Notes: generated by a model from the letters alone, not told the origin. Shown: positions 28,546 through 38,126, counted from the stretch's first letter. The stretch is DNA of 45,394 bases from Armatimonadota bacterium (GCA_037440005.1 JBBIUY010000023.1:1-45394), one strand, 5' to 3'. Translations and numbers: made by a program.

Positions 28546-29628
28546 TTACGGGCAGGTCCCCCGGAACACGAACCCCGGTCCCACCTGCGCCCCCCGCGGG
28601 ATGGGCGGCAGGTCGTCGAACAGCTGCGGGTGGGTCTGCATCACGTTCAGGATGGGCCCCGGCATGAACACCCGGTTGACGTCAAACGTCCCCGGGATGA
28701 ACCCCAGCCGGTGCAGGGTCTGCACGCCGTTGTGCAGGGCCAGGTAGTTGTAGCAGGAGATGCGGATGTCCAGGTTGGGCAGGTTGTTGCGCACCCCCTG
28801 CAGGGCCACCTCCGGACGCAGGCCCGGCAGCCAGCGCACCGCCACGATGGCGGTCTGCACCGGGTTGGCCCGCATGAACTTGTCCGCCTCCGCCCGGGCG
28901 GCCAGGAACCGCTCGATGGTCTCCTGGTTGCGCTCGGCCCACCCGCGCAGGGCCACGTTGAACCCCATGAAGCCGATGAAGCCCCCGCCCCGGACCACCT
29001 CGTAGGTGTCGGGGATCTCCCGCAGGGCGATCACCGGCCAGGGGTCCCAGGTGGCGAAGGCGTCCACCGCGCCCCCCCGCAGCGCCACCGGCATCTCCTG
29101 CGGCGGCGTGTTGACCAGTGTCAGGTCGCGGACGGTCAGGCCGGCCTTCTCCAGGATCCCCAGGATGTACAGGTGGCTGATGGTCCCGAACGACACCGCC
29201 ACCCGCTTGCCCCGCAGGTCCTGGATGGTGCGGATGCCGCTGCCCCGGCGGGTCACCAGGGCCATGGTGTTGTCGCCTCCCAGCCGGGAGGACGACCCGG
29301 TGTAGTTGCCGACGATCACCAGGTCCATGCCCCGCAGGACGGCTCCGATCATGGGCACGCCGACCTGGCCCATCTGGATCTCCCCCGCCTGAAGGGCGTT
29401 GAGCTGGTCCACGCCCGTGGGGTAGGGGGTGGCGATGGTGACGTCCAGCCCCCACTTCTCAAACAGGCCCCGGTCCAACGCCACCGGGACGCCCAGCTGG
29501 TCGATGGCCGCCACGATCCCCACCTTCAGGGGAATCAGGGCCGGCCCGGCCCGGCCGGCGGACAGTCCCCAGCCTGCCAGGACCAGCAGCGCGGCCGCTA
29601 CGAGAACTGCCGTCCGTCTGCTGCGCAT
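28546..29628 (-). CDS. NitT/TauT (SsuA-like) ABC transporter substrate-binding protein
   Basis: Signal peptide MRSRRTAVLVAAALL; DLRGKRVAV, GAVDAFATWDPW; AAAGGAGG RBS. Confidence 0.88.
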   Translation of the reverse strand: MRSRRTAVLVAAALLVLAGWGLSAGRAGPALIPLKVGIVAAIDQLGVPVALDRGLFEKWGLDVTIATPYPTGVDQLNALQAGEIQMGQVGVPMIGAVLRGMDLVIVGNYTGSSSRLGGDNTMALVTRRGSGIRTIQDLRGKRVAVSFGTISHLYILGILEKAGLTVRDLTLVNTPPQEMPVALRGGAVDAFATWDPWPVIALREIPDTYEVVRGGGFIGFMGFNVALRGWAERNQETIERFLAARAEADKFMRANPVQTAIVAVRWLPGLRPEVALQGVRNNLPNLDIRISCYNYLALHNGVQTLHRLGFIPGTFDVNRVFMPGPILNVMQTHPQLFDDLPPIPRGAQVGPGFVFRGTCP

Positions 29629-30587
29629 TACTCTGTGCCTCCTTTCGTCCGGGAGTTGGCGTGCTGCGCCATGAACTTCTCCACATCGGCGCGGGTGGGC
29701 AGGGGGGCGACGGCACCCAGACCCGACGCCGCCAGGGCTCCCACCGCCGTGGCCAGGCGGGCCGCCGCCTCGGGCGGGGCCCCCCGCAGCCACTCCACCA
29801 AAAAGCCGGCGTCGAAGGCGTCGCCGGCCCCCGTGGCGTCCACCACCTCCACCGGCCAGCTGGGTACCTCCCAGCGTCCGCCGGCGGCGGCCACCACCAG
29901 GCATCCGGCGGCCCCCCTCTTGAGGACCACCAGGCGCGGGCCGCAGGCGCACAGGTCCGCGGCCACCGCCGGCGCCGGCCGGCGGTCGTCCAGGTGCGCG
30001 GCGTCTTCCTCGCTGAGAAAGACGATGTCCGCCCGGGGCACCGCGTCCGCCACCAGGGCCCGCAGGCGGGTCACCGGCGCCAGCCGCGGCCGGAGGTTCA
30101 GGTCGTAGCTGACCAGGACGCCCGACCGGCGCGCCATGTCCATGGCGGCTGCGGCCGCCTCCCGGGCCGTGGGCGAGATGGCCTGGGTGATGCCGCTGGT
30201 GTGCACCACCCGCGCCTGGCTCAGGTAGGCCGGGTCCAGGTCCCCCGGGCGCAGCCGGCTGGCCGCCGAGCCCGCGCGGTAGTAGGTGAAGCTGTGACCG
30301 CGGTCCGACCGGGCGATGAAGTACACGCCGGTGACGGCCTCCGGATCCACGACGACCCGCGACGTGTCCACGCCTTCCTGCTCCCACAGGCGCAGGAACG
30401 CGCGGCCGAAGGCGTCGTCGCCCACGCGGGTGATGTACCCCGCGGACGCTCCCAGCCGCGCGGCGGCCACCACCACGTTGGAGGTGTCGCCTCCCCACCC
30501 CCGCCGGAAGGTGAAGACCTCGTCCAGGGAGCCGCGCTCGACGGCCGCGAACTCGGCCAGGGGTTCTCCCAGCGCCACGATGTCCAC
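29628..30587 (-). CDS. kdgK: PfkB-family sugar kinase (2-keto-3-deoxygluconate kinase-like)
   Basis: GEPLAEF, GGDTSN, TRVGDDAFG, YYRAGSAAS, SGITQAIS, YDLNLRPRL, DATGAGDAFDAG; substrate inferred. Confidence 0.75.
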   Translation of the reverse strand: MDIVALGEPLAEFAAVERGSLDEVFTFRRGWGGDTSNVVVAAARLGASAGYITRVGDDAFGRAFLRLWEQEGVDTSRVVVDPEAVTGVYFIARSDRGHSFTYYRAGSAASRLRPGDLDPAYLSQARVVHTSGITQAISPTAREAAAAAMDMARRSGVLVSYDLNLRPRLAPVTRLRALVADAVPRADIVFLSEEDAAHLDDRRPAPAVAADLCACGPRLVVLKRGAAGCLVVAAAGGRWEVPSWPVEVVDATGAGDAFDAGFLVEWLRGAPPEAAARLATAVGALAASGLGAVAPLPTRADVEKFMAQHANSRTKGGTE

Positions 30588-30640
30588 CGCGCCGCCTCCG
30601 TGGCCCCGCCTTCCGGGCTCCGCCGGGCGTCGGCCGGCGG

Positions 30641-31303
30641 TCAGATCCGGGCGAACTCCTCCACCGCCCGGCGGATGCTGCCCACCTCGCGGATGCGCCG
30701 GGCCATGGCCTGTTCGGTCCGCTCGATCTGCTCGGCGGCCGCCAGCACGTCGGCGGCCGCCTCCCGGGGGACCACCACCACGCCGTCGGTGTCTCCCACC
30801 AGGATGTCGCCGGGGCGGACCAGGATCCCTCCGCACACCACCGGCACGTCCCGCGCCACGGTGGCGTACCGGCCGACGGTGGTGGAGGGGACCACCGACC
30901 GGGCGAAGACCGCAAACCCCTCCCGCCGGATCTCGTCGGCGTCCCGCACCCCTCCGTCCAGCACCGCCCCGCCCAGCCCCCGGGTCACGGCGGCCACGGT
31001 CATCAGCCCGCCCCACAGGGCCACGTCCCGGGCGGCGGCAGGGTCGTCGACCCCGACGACGATGACGGCGCCCGCCGGAGCGGTGTCGATGGCCTCCAGG
31101 GCGTGGTGGGGGGGGAGGGCCTCCAGGCTGCGGCGTTCCAGCACCGTCACCGCCGGACCCACGATCCGCACCGGCGCCAGGGGCTTGATCTCTCCCGACA
31201 TGAAGCCGCGGCGGCGGGTGACCCGGTCCACGGCGTCCGCCACCGACGCCGTGGTCACCGCCAGCCACCGGTCCCGCAGGGCCTGGTCCAGGGACTCCGT
31301 CAC
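30641..31303 (-). CDS. RraA-like / HMG-CHA class II aldolase family protein
   Basis: ASVADA, GPAVTV, ALWGGLM, DGGVRD, VRPGDILVGDTDGVVVVP. Confidence 0.85.
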   Translation of the reverse strand: MTESLDQALRDRWLAVTTASVADAVDRVTRRRGFMSGEIKPLAPVRIVGPAVTVLERRSLEALPPHHALEAIDTAPAGAVIVVGVDDPAAARDVALWGGLMTVAAVTRGLGGAVLDGGVRDADEIRREGFAVFARSVVPSTTVGRYATVARDVPVVCGGILVRPGDILVGDTDGVVVVPREAAADVLAAAEQIERTEQAMARRIREVGSIRRAVEEFARI

Positions 31304-32079
31304 AGCGGGCCTCCTTTCTCGGGCGCGGGGGTCCATCCCAGGGCGCGGGAGATGCGGGCCGCCGTCTCGCGGACCTGCGGGCCCAGTTCCCGGCGGGCCC
31401 GGCGCAGGCTGATGGTGGCCACCGATCCCGAGACGCTGACCGCGCCGGCCACCCGGCCCCGGTGGTCGAAGATGGGAGCGCCCACGCACCGGATGCCGTC
31501 CTCGTTCTCCACGTTGTCCACGGCGAACCCCCGGGCCCGCACCGCCGCCAGTTCCCGCTGCAGGCGCGCCAGGGTGGTGATGGTGCGGGGCGTCCGCGGG
31601 ACCAGCCCGCGCAGGGCGACGATCTCCCGCACCTGGTGGGGATCCGTCCACGCCAGCATGGCTTTGCCCAGGGCGGTGCTGTGGGCGGGCATGATGGCGC
31701 CGACGGTGGAGGCCATGCGCAGGGGGCGGGGAGGCTCCACCTTGTCGATGTACACCACGTGCCCCTGCTCCAGGACGCCCAGGTGGACCGTCTCGCCCAC
31801 CTGCCGGCACAGGTCCACCAGGTGGGGGCGGCCCGCCGTTCGCAACTCCAGCTGGGCCAGGCGCTGCCCCGCCAGCCACAGCACCCGGTGGCCCAGGGCG
31901 ACGGTGCCGTCCTGCACCACCACGGCCCCGTGGCGGGCCAGGACGTCCACCAGCCGGTAGACGGTGGGCCGCGGCAGACCCGTCTGCCGGGCCACGTCCC
32001 GGACCGGCAGCGGGCGTCCCGCCTCGCCGAGGGCGGTGAGGATGGCGAAGGTGCGGTCGACGGATTTGACGCCGGTCAT
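31300..32079 (-). CDS. IclR family transcriptional regulator
   Basis: VKSVDRTFAIL, LPRPTVYRL, GETVHL, HSTALGKA, ENEDGIRCVGAPI. Confidence 0.92.
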   Translation of the reverse strand: MTGVKSVDRTFAILTALGEAGRPLPVRDVARQTGLPRPTVYRLVDVLARHGAVVVQDGTVALGHRVLWLAGQRLAQLELRTAGRPHLVDLCRQVGETVHLGVLEQGHVVYIDKVEPPRPLRMASTVGAIMPAHSTALGKAMLAWTDPHQVREIVALRGLVPRTPRTITTLARLQRELAAVRARGFAVDNVENEDGIRCVGAPIFDHRGRVAGAVSVSGSVATISLRRARRELGPQVRETAARISRALGWTPAPEKGGPL

Positions 32080-32096
32080 GTCCACAATATGGACAT
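32078..32096. promoter_or_regulatory. Palindromic operator at the iclR start (autoregulation candidate)
   Basis: ATGTCCA-caata-TGGACAT; - strand -10 TATACT at 32126-32131. Confidence 0.65.
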
Positions 32097-32183
32097 AGTG
32101 TCCTTATCGTAAGACCGCAGTGCCAAGTATAGCCGGCGGCGCCCGCCGACGCCAGGGGGGGGCGGCGACGCCCGGGCCGCGCC

Positions 32184-32248
32184 TTGACGGCGCGGCGGCC
32201 CCGTGTTACGGTGCGGATGCAGCTTAGTGCGAATGATTTTCATTTGCA
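32184..32248 (+). promoter_or_regulatory. zur-znu promoter with Zur/Fur box
   Basis: TTGACG-17-TACGGT (32184-32212); AT-rich palindrome TGCGAATGATTTTCATTTGCA at 32228-32248. Confidence 0.75.
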
Positions 32249-32257
32249 GCGAGCGCC

Positions 32258-32701
32258 ATGCCGGCGGATCCTGACCTCCCCGGACCCGACGCGTCCCTGG
32301 CCCGGCTGCGGGGGGAAGGGCGGCGGCTCACCCGGCAGCGGGCGGCCGTGGTGCGGGCTCTGGCCGCCCTGGGGTGTGCGGCGGACGCGGCCGCCGTGCA
32401 CCGGCGGGCCCGGCGGTACCACCCCCGGCTCGCCCTGGCCACCGTGTACCGGGCGCTGCACGCGCTGGCCGCCCTGGACGTGGTGCGGGTGGTGCACTGG
32501 GGGGACGGGCGGGCCCGCTACGAGCTGGGCGGCACCCACCACCACCACCTGGTCTGCACGCGCTGCGGGAGGGTGGACCGCCTGGACGCCTGCCCGCTGC
32601 CGCGGGGGTCCCGGTTGACCGGCGGCCGGCGGTTTGCGGTGCAGGAGCACCGCCTGGACCTGTTCGGCCGGTGCGCCCGCTGCCTGGATGCCGGGCGGTG
32701 A
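32258..32701 (+). CDS. zur: Fur-family regulator, probably Zur
   Basis: RLTRQR, LATVYRAL, HHHHLVCTRCG, FGRCARC; heads znuACB. Confidence 0.8.
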   Translation: MPADPDLPGPDASLARLRGEGRRLTRQRAAVVRALAALGCAADAAAVHRRARRYHPRLALATVYRALHALAALDVVRVVHWGDGRARYELGGTHHHHLVCTRCGRVDRLDACPLPRGSRLTGGRRFAVQEHRLDLFGRCARCLDAGR

Positions 32702-33582
32702 GGCGCCGCGCCGCCGGGTGGCTGCTGCTGCCGGCGGCCGTGCTGGCCGGCGGGTGCGCGCGGCCTCCGGCGGCGCGGGAGCGGATGGTGGTGGTGGCGT
32801 CGTTCTACCCGCTGTGGGAGTTCGCCCGCCAGGTCGCCTCCGGCCGCGCGGAGGTGGTGATGCTGGTCCCTCCCGGGGTGGCGCCGCACGACTACGAACC
32901 CACGCCCCGGGACGTGGTCCGCCTGCGCAGCGCGCGGGTGGTGGTCGTCAACGGCCGGGGGCTGGAGCCCTGGGCCCACAGGCTCCTGGCCGGCCTGTCG
33001 GCGCAGACGGTGGTGGCGGCGGATGCGGCCGCGCCGGTGGTGGCGGGGGCGCCGGACCTGGAGGCGGACCCGCACCTGTGGCTGGATCCGGTAGCCGCCG
33101 ACGCCGTGGTGGCGGCCCTGGTCGACGCCCTGGCCCACGTCGATCCCGCGGGAGAACCTGCCTACCGGCGGGAGGGGGCCCGGCTGCGGGCTGACCTGGA
33201 GGCCCTGCACCGGGCGTACCGGGAGGGGCTGGCCTCCTGCCGGCGGAGGGAATTCATCACCGCCCACGCGGCGTTCGGATATCTGGCCGCCCGCTACGGG
33301 CTGGTGCAGCTGGCCGTCAGCGGCCCGTCGCCGGAAGCGGAACCCAGCCCCGCACGGCTGGCGGTCCTGACCCGGGCGGCCCGGGTCCGGGGGATCCGGG
33401 TGATCTTCGCCGACCCGCGGCTGGACCGGCGGCTGGCGGATGCCCTGGCCCGCGAGATCGGGGCCCGGGTCCTGCCCCTGTCGGTCCTGGAAACACCGCC
33501 GGACCCGCGCGGGTCGGGGTCGTACGTCACGGTGATGTATGAGAACCTCCGATCCCTCCGGGAAGGCCTGGACTGCCGCTAG
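32698..33582 (+). CDS. znuA: Zn/Mn ABC transporter substrate-binding lipoprotein
   Basis: Lipobox LAGGC; PHDYEPTP, DPHLWLDP, HAAFGYLA, EAEPSP. Confidence 0.85.
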   Translation: MRRRAAGWLLLPAAVLAGGCARPPAARERMVVVASFYPLWEFARQVASGRAEVVMLVPPGVAPHDYEPTPRDVVRLRSARVVVVNGRGLEPWAHRLLAGLSAQTVVAADAAAPVVAGAPDLEADPHLWLDPVAADAVVAALVDALAHVDPAGEPAYRREGARLRADLEALHRAYREGLASCRRREFITAHAAFGYLAARYGLVQLAVSGPSPEAEPSPARLAVLTRAARVRGIRVIFADPRLDRRLADALAREIGARVLPLSVLETPPDPRGSGSYVTVMYENLRSLREGLDCR

Positions 33583-33589
33583 CGTCCCC

Positions 33590-34327
33590 GTGGTGGAACT
33601 GGAGCACGTCTGCGTGGACATCGGCGGCCAGCGGGTGCTGGACGAGGTGTCCCTGCGCATCCAGCGCGGAGACTTCGTGGGGATCATCGGCCCCAACGGC
33701 GCGGGCAAGACGACGCTCCTGCGGGTCCTGGTGGGGCTGGTGCGTCCCACCTGCGGGCACGTGAGGCTGTTTGGCACCGACCAGCGGGCGTTCCGGCAGT
33801 GGCACCGGATCGGGTACGTGCCCCAGCAGGCGGCCGCCGTGGACGCGCGGTTTCCGGCCACGGTGCTGGAGGTGGTGCTCAGCGGGCGCACGGGGCTGCG
33901 GGGCCTGGGCCGGCCCTGGAGCCCGGCCGACCGGGAGGCGGCCCGGCAGGCCCTGGAGGTGGTGGGCGTCGGGGACCTGCACGACCGGTCCATCGGGCGG
34001 CTGTCGGCGGGGCAGCTGCAGAGGGTGCTGATCGCCCGCGCCCTGGCCAGCGGGCCCGACCTGCTGCTGCTGGACGAGCCCACCGTGGGGGTGGACCGGG
34101 ACGCCCAGGACCAGTTCTACGCCCTGCTGCGCCGGCTGAACCGGGAGATGGGGACGACGCTGGTCCTGGTGTCCCACGACGTCAGCGTGGTGGCCGGCGA
34201 GGTCACCCGGCTGGCCTGCCTGAACCGACGCCTGGTGTTCCACGGGTCTCCCCAGGAGGCCATGGCCTCCGGCGCCCTGGCCGCCCTGTACCGCGCCGGC
34301 AGCCTGGTGGTCGCCCACCGGCACTGA
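33590..34327 (+). CDS. znuC: Zn/Mn ABC transporter ATP-binding protein (start uncertain)
   Basis: GPNGAGKTT, IGYVPQ, LSAGQLQRV, LLLLDEPT, VSHD, C-terminal HRH. Confidence 0.85.
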   Translation: MVELEHVCVDIGGQRVLDEVSLRIQRGDFVGIIGPNGAGKTTLLRVLVGLVRPTCGHVRLFGTDQRAFRQWHRIGYVPQQAAAVDARFPATVLEVVLSGRTGLRGLGRPWSPADREAARQALEVVGVGDLHDRSIGRLSAGQLQRVLIARALASGPDLLLLDEPTVGVDRDAQDQFYALLRRLNREMGTTLVLVSHDVSVVAGEVTRLACLNRRLVFHGSPQEAMASGALAALYRAGSLVVAHRH

Positions 34328-34346
34328 GGTCGGGGGGAGGTGTCCT

Positions 34347-35153
34347 GTGCCCGAGGTGCTGCAGTACGACTTCATGCGGCGGGCCCTGGCGGCCGGCCTG
34401 ATGATCGGGACCATCGCCCCCATCATCGGGGTGTTTTTGGTCCTCCGCCGCCTCAGCCTCATCGCCGACACCCTGGCCCACGTGGCGCTGGCGGGGGTGG
34501 CCCTGGGACTGGTCACCGGGGCGCCTCCGGGGGCCACGGCCCTGGCGGTGTCGGTGGCCGGGGCGGTGGGGGTGGAGCGGTTGCGGGTCTCCGGCCGGCT
34601 GTACGGGGAGGCGGCCCTGGCCATCTACCTGTCGGGAGGTCTCGCCGTGGCGGTGGTCCTGCTGGGGGTGGGGCGCGGCCTGACGGTGGACCTGTTCACC
34701 TACCTGTTTGGGACCATCACCGCCGTGCGGCCCGGCGATCTGTGGACGATCCTGGTGCTGGGGGTCGTGGTGCTGGGAGCGGTGGCGGTCCTGTACAAGG
34801 ACCTGTTTGCGGTCACCTTCGACGAGGAAGGCGCACGGGTGCAGGGCGTGCCGGTGGGGGCCCTGAACCTGCTGCTGGCGGTGCTGGTGGCCATCACCGT
34901 GGTGGTGGCGATGCGGGTGGTGGGGGTGCTGCTCACCAGCGCGCTGGTGGTGATCCCCGCCGTCACCGCCCTGCGGCTGGCGCGGGCGTTCCGGACCGCG
35001 CTGCTGCTGGCCGTGGCGCTGGCCCTGGCGGCGGTGGTGGGGGGGATGGCGGCCGCCTATTACCTGGACCTGCCCGCCGGCGGCGCCATCGTCCTGGCGT
35101 CCCTCGCCCTGTTCGCCGCCGTCTCGGCCCTGACACCCCGCCCGCCGCGCTGA
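34347..35153 (+). CDS. znuB: Zn/Mn ABC transporter permease
   Basis: FMRRAL, LRRLSLIADTLAHVAL, YLFG, VVGVLLTSAL, DLPAGGAIV. Confidence 0.88.
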   Translation: MPEVLQYDFMRRALAAGLMIGTIAPIIGVFLVLRRLSLIADTLAHVALAGVALGLVTGAPPGATALAVSVAGAVGVERLRVSGRLYGEAALAIYLSGGLAVAVVLLGVGRGLTVDLFTYLFGTITAVRPGDLWTILVLGVVVLGAVAVLYKDLFAVTFDEEGARVQGVPVGALNLLLAVLVAITVVVAMRVVGVLLTSALVVIPAVTALRLARAFRTALLLAVALALAAVVGGMAAAYYLDLPAGGAIVLASLALFAAVSALTPRPPR

Positions 35154-35164
35154 CCCGGGCCCCG

Positions 35165-36100
35165 TCAGCTCCCCTTGAGGTGGCGCCCGAACCACGCCAC
35201 GGTGCGCTGCCAGGCGTCGCGGGCGGCGGCCTCGTGGTAGCGGGGGCCGGTGTCGTTGAAGAAGGCGTGGTCCGCCCCCGGGTAGACGACGATCTCGTGC
35301 ACCACGCCCGCGCGCTGCAGGGCGTCCCGGATGGCCGGGATGCCGGCGTTGATGCGGGTGTCCCGCTCGCCGTAGATGGCCAGGACCGCGGCCCGGATCC
35401 GGGGGACGTCCTCCAGGGGCGGGTTGGGCCCGTAAAACGGCACCGCGGCGCGGATGGCCGGGTTGCTGGTGGCCAGCCGCCAGGTCATCCCGCCCCCGAA
35501 GCAGAAACCCACGGCGCCGATGCGGTCCCCCCGCACGAACGGCTGGCTCTGCAGGTACGCCACGCCCGCGTTGAGCATGGCCACCAGCTGGTCGGGGGGC
35601 GTGCGCCCCAGCAGGGCCGTGACCTCCGCCGGGTCGGAAAACCGCGCGGTTCCCCCCGCCGGGGACGCCAGGTCCACCGCCAGGGCGACGTAGCCCAGCT
35701 TCGCGAAGCGCCGGCAGACGTCTTTGAAGTGCTCCAGCAGGCCCCGATTCTCGTGGATGACGATGATGCCGGGAACGGGATCGCCCGACCGCGGCCGGGC
35801 CAGGTAGCCGTGCACGGTGAGGGAGTCGGACGGGAACGTCACCATGCCGGCGGTCAGGGCGGGGTCGTCGGGCGGGACGGTGACCCCCGGCGCCTGGGCC
35901 CCCGGCGCGGGCGGAGCGCCGGCGGCCGCCGCCACCTCCTCCACCGAGGCGGCCACCCCCAGTTCCCGCAGGACCGGGAGGGCCACGGCCGCCCCTCCGG
36001 CCATGAGCGCGATGCGGCGCAGAAACTCCCGCCGGGGCAGGCGGCCGTCCCGGTAGTCTTCGGCCCACTCCTCGACGATGTACCGTTCCAGGTCTCCCAT
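35165..36100 (-). CDS. Dienelactone hydrolase family protein with Tat signal (YghX-like)
   Basis: PRREFL twin-arginine motif; IHENRGL, GFCFGG, FYG, HAFFNDT. Confidence 0.9.
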   Translation of the reverse strand: MGDLERYIVEEWAEDYRDGRLPRREFLRRIALMAGGAAVALPVLRELGVAASVEEVAAAAGAPPAPGAQAPGVTVPPDDPALTAGMVTFPSDSLTVHGYLARPRSGDPVPGIIVIHENRGLLEHFKDVCRRFAKLGYVALAVDLASPAGGTARFSDPAEVTALLGRTPPDQLVAMLNAGVAYLQSQPFVRGDRIGAVGFCFGGGMTWRLATSNPAIRAAVPFYGPNPPLEDVPRIRAAVLAIYGERDTRINAGIPAIRDALQRAGVVHEIVVYPGADHAFFNDTGPRYHEAAARDAWQRTVAWFGRHLKGS

Positions 36101-36220
36101 GGGTCACCCCCGACCGGTCAGTGGCGCGTCCGGCCCCGCGTGCGGGCGCCTCTTTCGAGGGGACTCCTACCGGGACCGTGTCACGCCGGTATGAACGCCT
36201 GGTCGACGCCGCCGAGATCC

Positions 36221-36248
36221 GGCGCATAATGATAGGCGCATAATGATA
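36221..36248. repeat. 14-bp perfect tandem duplication in a divergent promoter region
   Basis: GGCGCATAATGATA x2. Confidence 0.85.
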
Positions 36249-36298
36249 ATGGGAGACGGGAGGTGACGCCGGCGGGAGGATGCCTCCCGCCGCCGGAG

Positions 36299-37111
36299 AT
36301 GTCGGTACTGGCCCGGCTGACCGACGCCGACCTGCAGTTCGTCGCGTCCACGCTTCTGCCGGACCGCGATCTCCGCCGCGCCGTCGCCCGGCTGCGGGAG
36401 GACCCGGCGGCTCTGGAGGAGCTGCTGGAGGACGACCGGCTGCTGGAGCGCCTGCGGGCGGACCAGGTCCTGGTCCGCGTGACCCCCTGGCTGCTGTTCA
36501 GCGTCCTGCTGCGGCGGGTGCGCCGGGAACTGCGGGCGGTGCCGTACACCGTGGAGCGGCTGGGCACCGAGCGGGTGCCGGTGTTCGACGCCCGGCGGGC
36601 CGGCGCCCTGCTGGGCGACCCGCAGATCCTGGACTACCTGGTGGAGATGCTGGTGTCGTTCACCCGCACCGACAGCTTCCTGCTGGAGGTGGAGGAGGGA
36701 GGGCGGGTGCGCCGCCGGCGCTTCAGCGACTTCAGCAGCGAGGACATGATCGCCCTGGCCGCCCTGATGCCCGACGAACTGCGCTTTCCCATCCTGCGCC
36801 GGGTCGCCGACATCGCCCTGTTCATCACGGGCATCTTCCCCGAGCACGTGGACCCCGTCGCCCGGCCGCCCGGACCCGCCGCGCCGCCCATGAGCCGCTG
36901 GCGGTTCCGCCGCACCCTGGAGGAGTACGAGGAGGAAGGCCGCCGGTTCTACCGGCTGGCGGCCAGCCATCGGATGGCCCGCCGGCTGGGGATGGAGCGG
37001 GCCCTGGAGGCGCTGGCCGAGATGTTCCCCCTGGCCCGCAAGCCGCTGAACGTGCTGGCCTCCGAGTACATCGGCACCAGCCGGTTCCTGCTGTTCGGGG
37101 GCGCGGGCTAG
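36299..37111 (+). CDS. Hypothetical protein (helical)
   Basis: Protein-like ORF with GC3 bias; YLVEMLVSF, RRVADIALFITGIFPE, EEEGRRFY; start could be 36263. Confidence 0.7.
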   Translation: MSVLARLTDADLQFVASTLLPDRDLRRAVARLREDPAALEELLEDDRLLERLRADQVLVRVTPWLLFSVLLRRVRRELRAVPYTVERLGTERVPVFDARRAGALLGDPQILDYLVEMLVSFTRTDSFLLEVEEGGRVRRRRFSDFSSEDMIALAALMPDELRFPILRRVADIALFITGIFPEHVDPVARPPGPAAPPMSRWRFRRTLEEYEEEGRRFYRLAASHRMARRLGMERALEALAEMFPLARKPLNVLASEYIGTSRFLLFGGAG

Positions 37112-37118
37112 ACGCCCC

Positions 37119-38126
37119 TCAGGCGCGGCAGCGGTCCAGCAGCGCGCGCCACAGGATCTCGTCCCCCGGCAGGGAGGGGCCGTCCAGCACGATCCGGTCC
37201 ACCCGTCCCCGGTACCTCTCCCGCAGGCGCTCGCCCACTTCCTCGGGCCGGCCCACCACCGCCACCTCCGCCAGCATCTCGTCGGTGACCACCGACGCCA
37301 TCTCGCCCCACGCGCCCCGGGAGGCCAGCACCCGCAGGCGGGCGCCGAGATCCCCCCACCCGTGGTGGTCCAGGACGCGTCGGTACGACGGCGTGCTGGC
37401 GTAAAAGGCGACGCGCTCCCGCACCCGTGCCGCCTCCTCCCGGACCGCGGCGGGAGTTCTGCCGACGCCGACCAGCACGCTGGCCACCACCGCGCACCGG
37501 TCCCGGCGGCGGGCGCGGGCCCGGCCGCGCTCGAGGGCGGGCAGGACGACGTCGGCCAGGTAGGCGGGAGTGTGCAGCGGATGCACCAGAAACCCGTCGG
37601 CCACCTCGCCGGCCACCCGGCACATGCGGGGGTTGACTCCCGCCGTCATGATGGGGATGGGGTAGGGGTGCGGGGAGGGCGAGAACGCCGGCGTCATCAG
37701 GGTGAGGGTGTAGTAGCGGCCCCGGTAGTCCAGCGGCGCGCCGGTACGCCAGGCCTCCCAGACGGCCCGCACGGCACCCACCACGTCCCGTAACCGGGCG
37801 GCCGGCGGGCCCCAGTCCGCGCCGAAGCGGCGCACCACGTGGGCCCGCACCTGGGTGCCCAGCCCCAGCACAAAGCGCCCCTCCGAGGCCTCCGCCAGGT
37901 CGTAGGCCAGGTGAGCCAGGACGGTGGGGCTGCGGGCGAAGGCGATGGCCACCCCTGTGCCCACCAGCAGCCGGCGGGAGTGCTCGACGGCCAACGCCGC
38001 GGCCGGGAACGGGTCGTGGGCCGTCTCGCTCGCCCACACTCCGTCCAGCCCCAGCGCCTCGGCGGCCCGCACCATATCTGGGACCTCCCGCAGCGTCCGG
38101 TACACCATGTGGACGTCCACGTACAT
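37119..38126 (-). CDS. LLM-class (probably F420-dependent) oxidoreductase
   Basis: SETAHDPF, AIAFARSP, GRFVLGLGTQVRAH..RRFG, LTLMTP, FYASTPSY. Confidence 0.85.
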   Translation of the reverse strand: MYVDVHMVYRTLREVPDMVRAAEALGLDGVWASETAHDPFPAAALAVEHSRRLLVGTGVAIAFARSPTVLAHLAYDLAEASEGRFVLGLGTQVRAHVVRRFGADWGPPAARLRDVVGAVRAVWEAWRTGAPLDYRGRYYTLTLMTPAFSPSPHPYPIPIMTAGVNPRMCRVAGEVADGFLVHPLHTPAYLADVVLPALERGRARARRRDRCAVVASVLVGVGRTPAAVREEAARVRERVAFYASTPSYRRVLDHHGWGDLGARLRVLASRGAWGEMASVVTDEMLAEVAVVGRPEEVGERLRERYRGRVDRIVLDGPSLPGDEILWRALLDRCRA

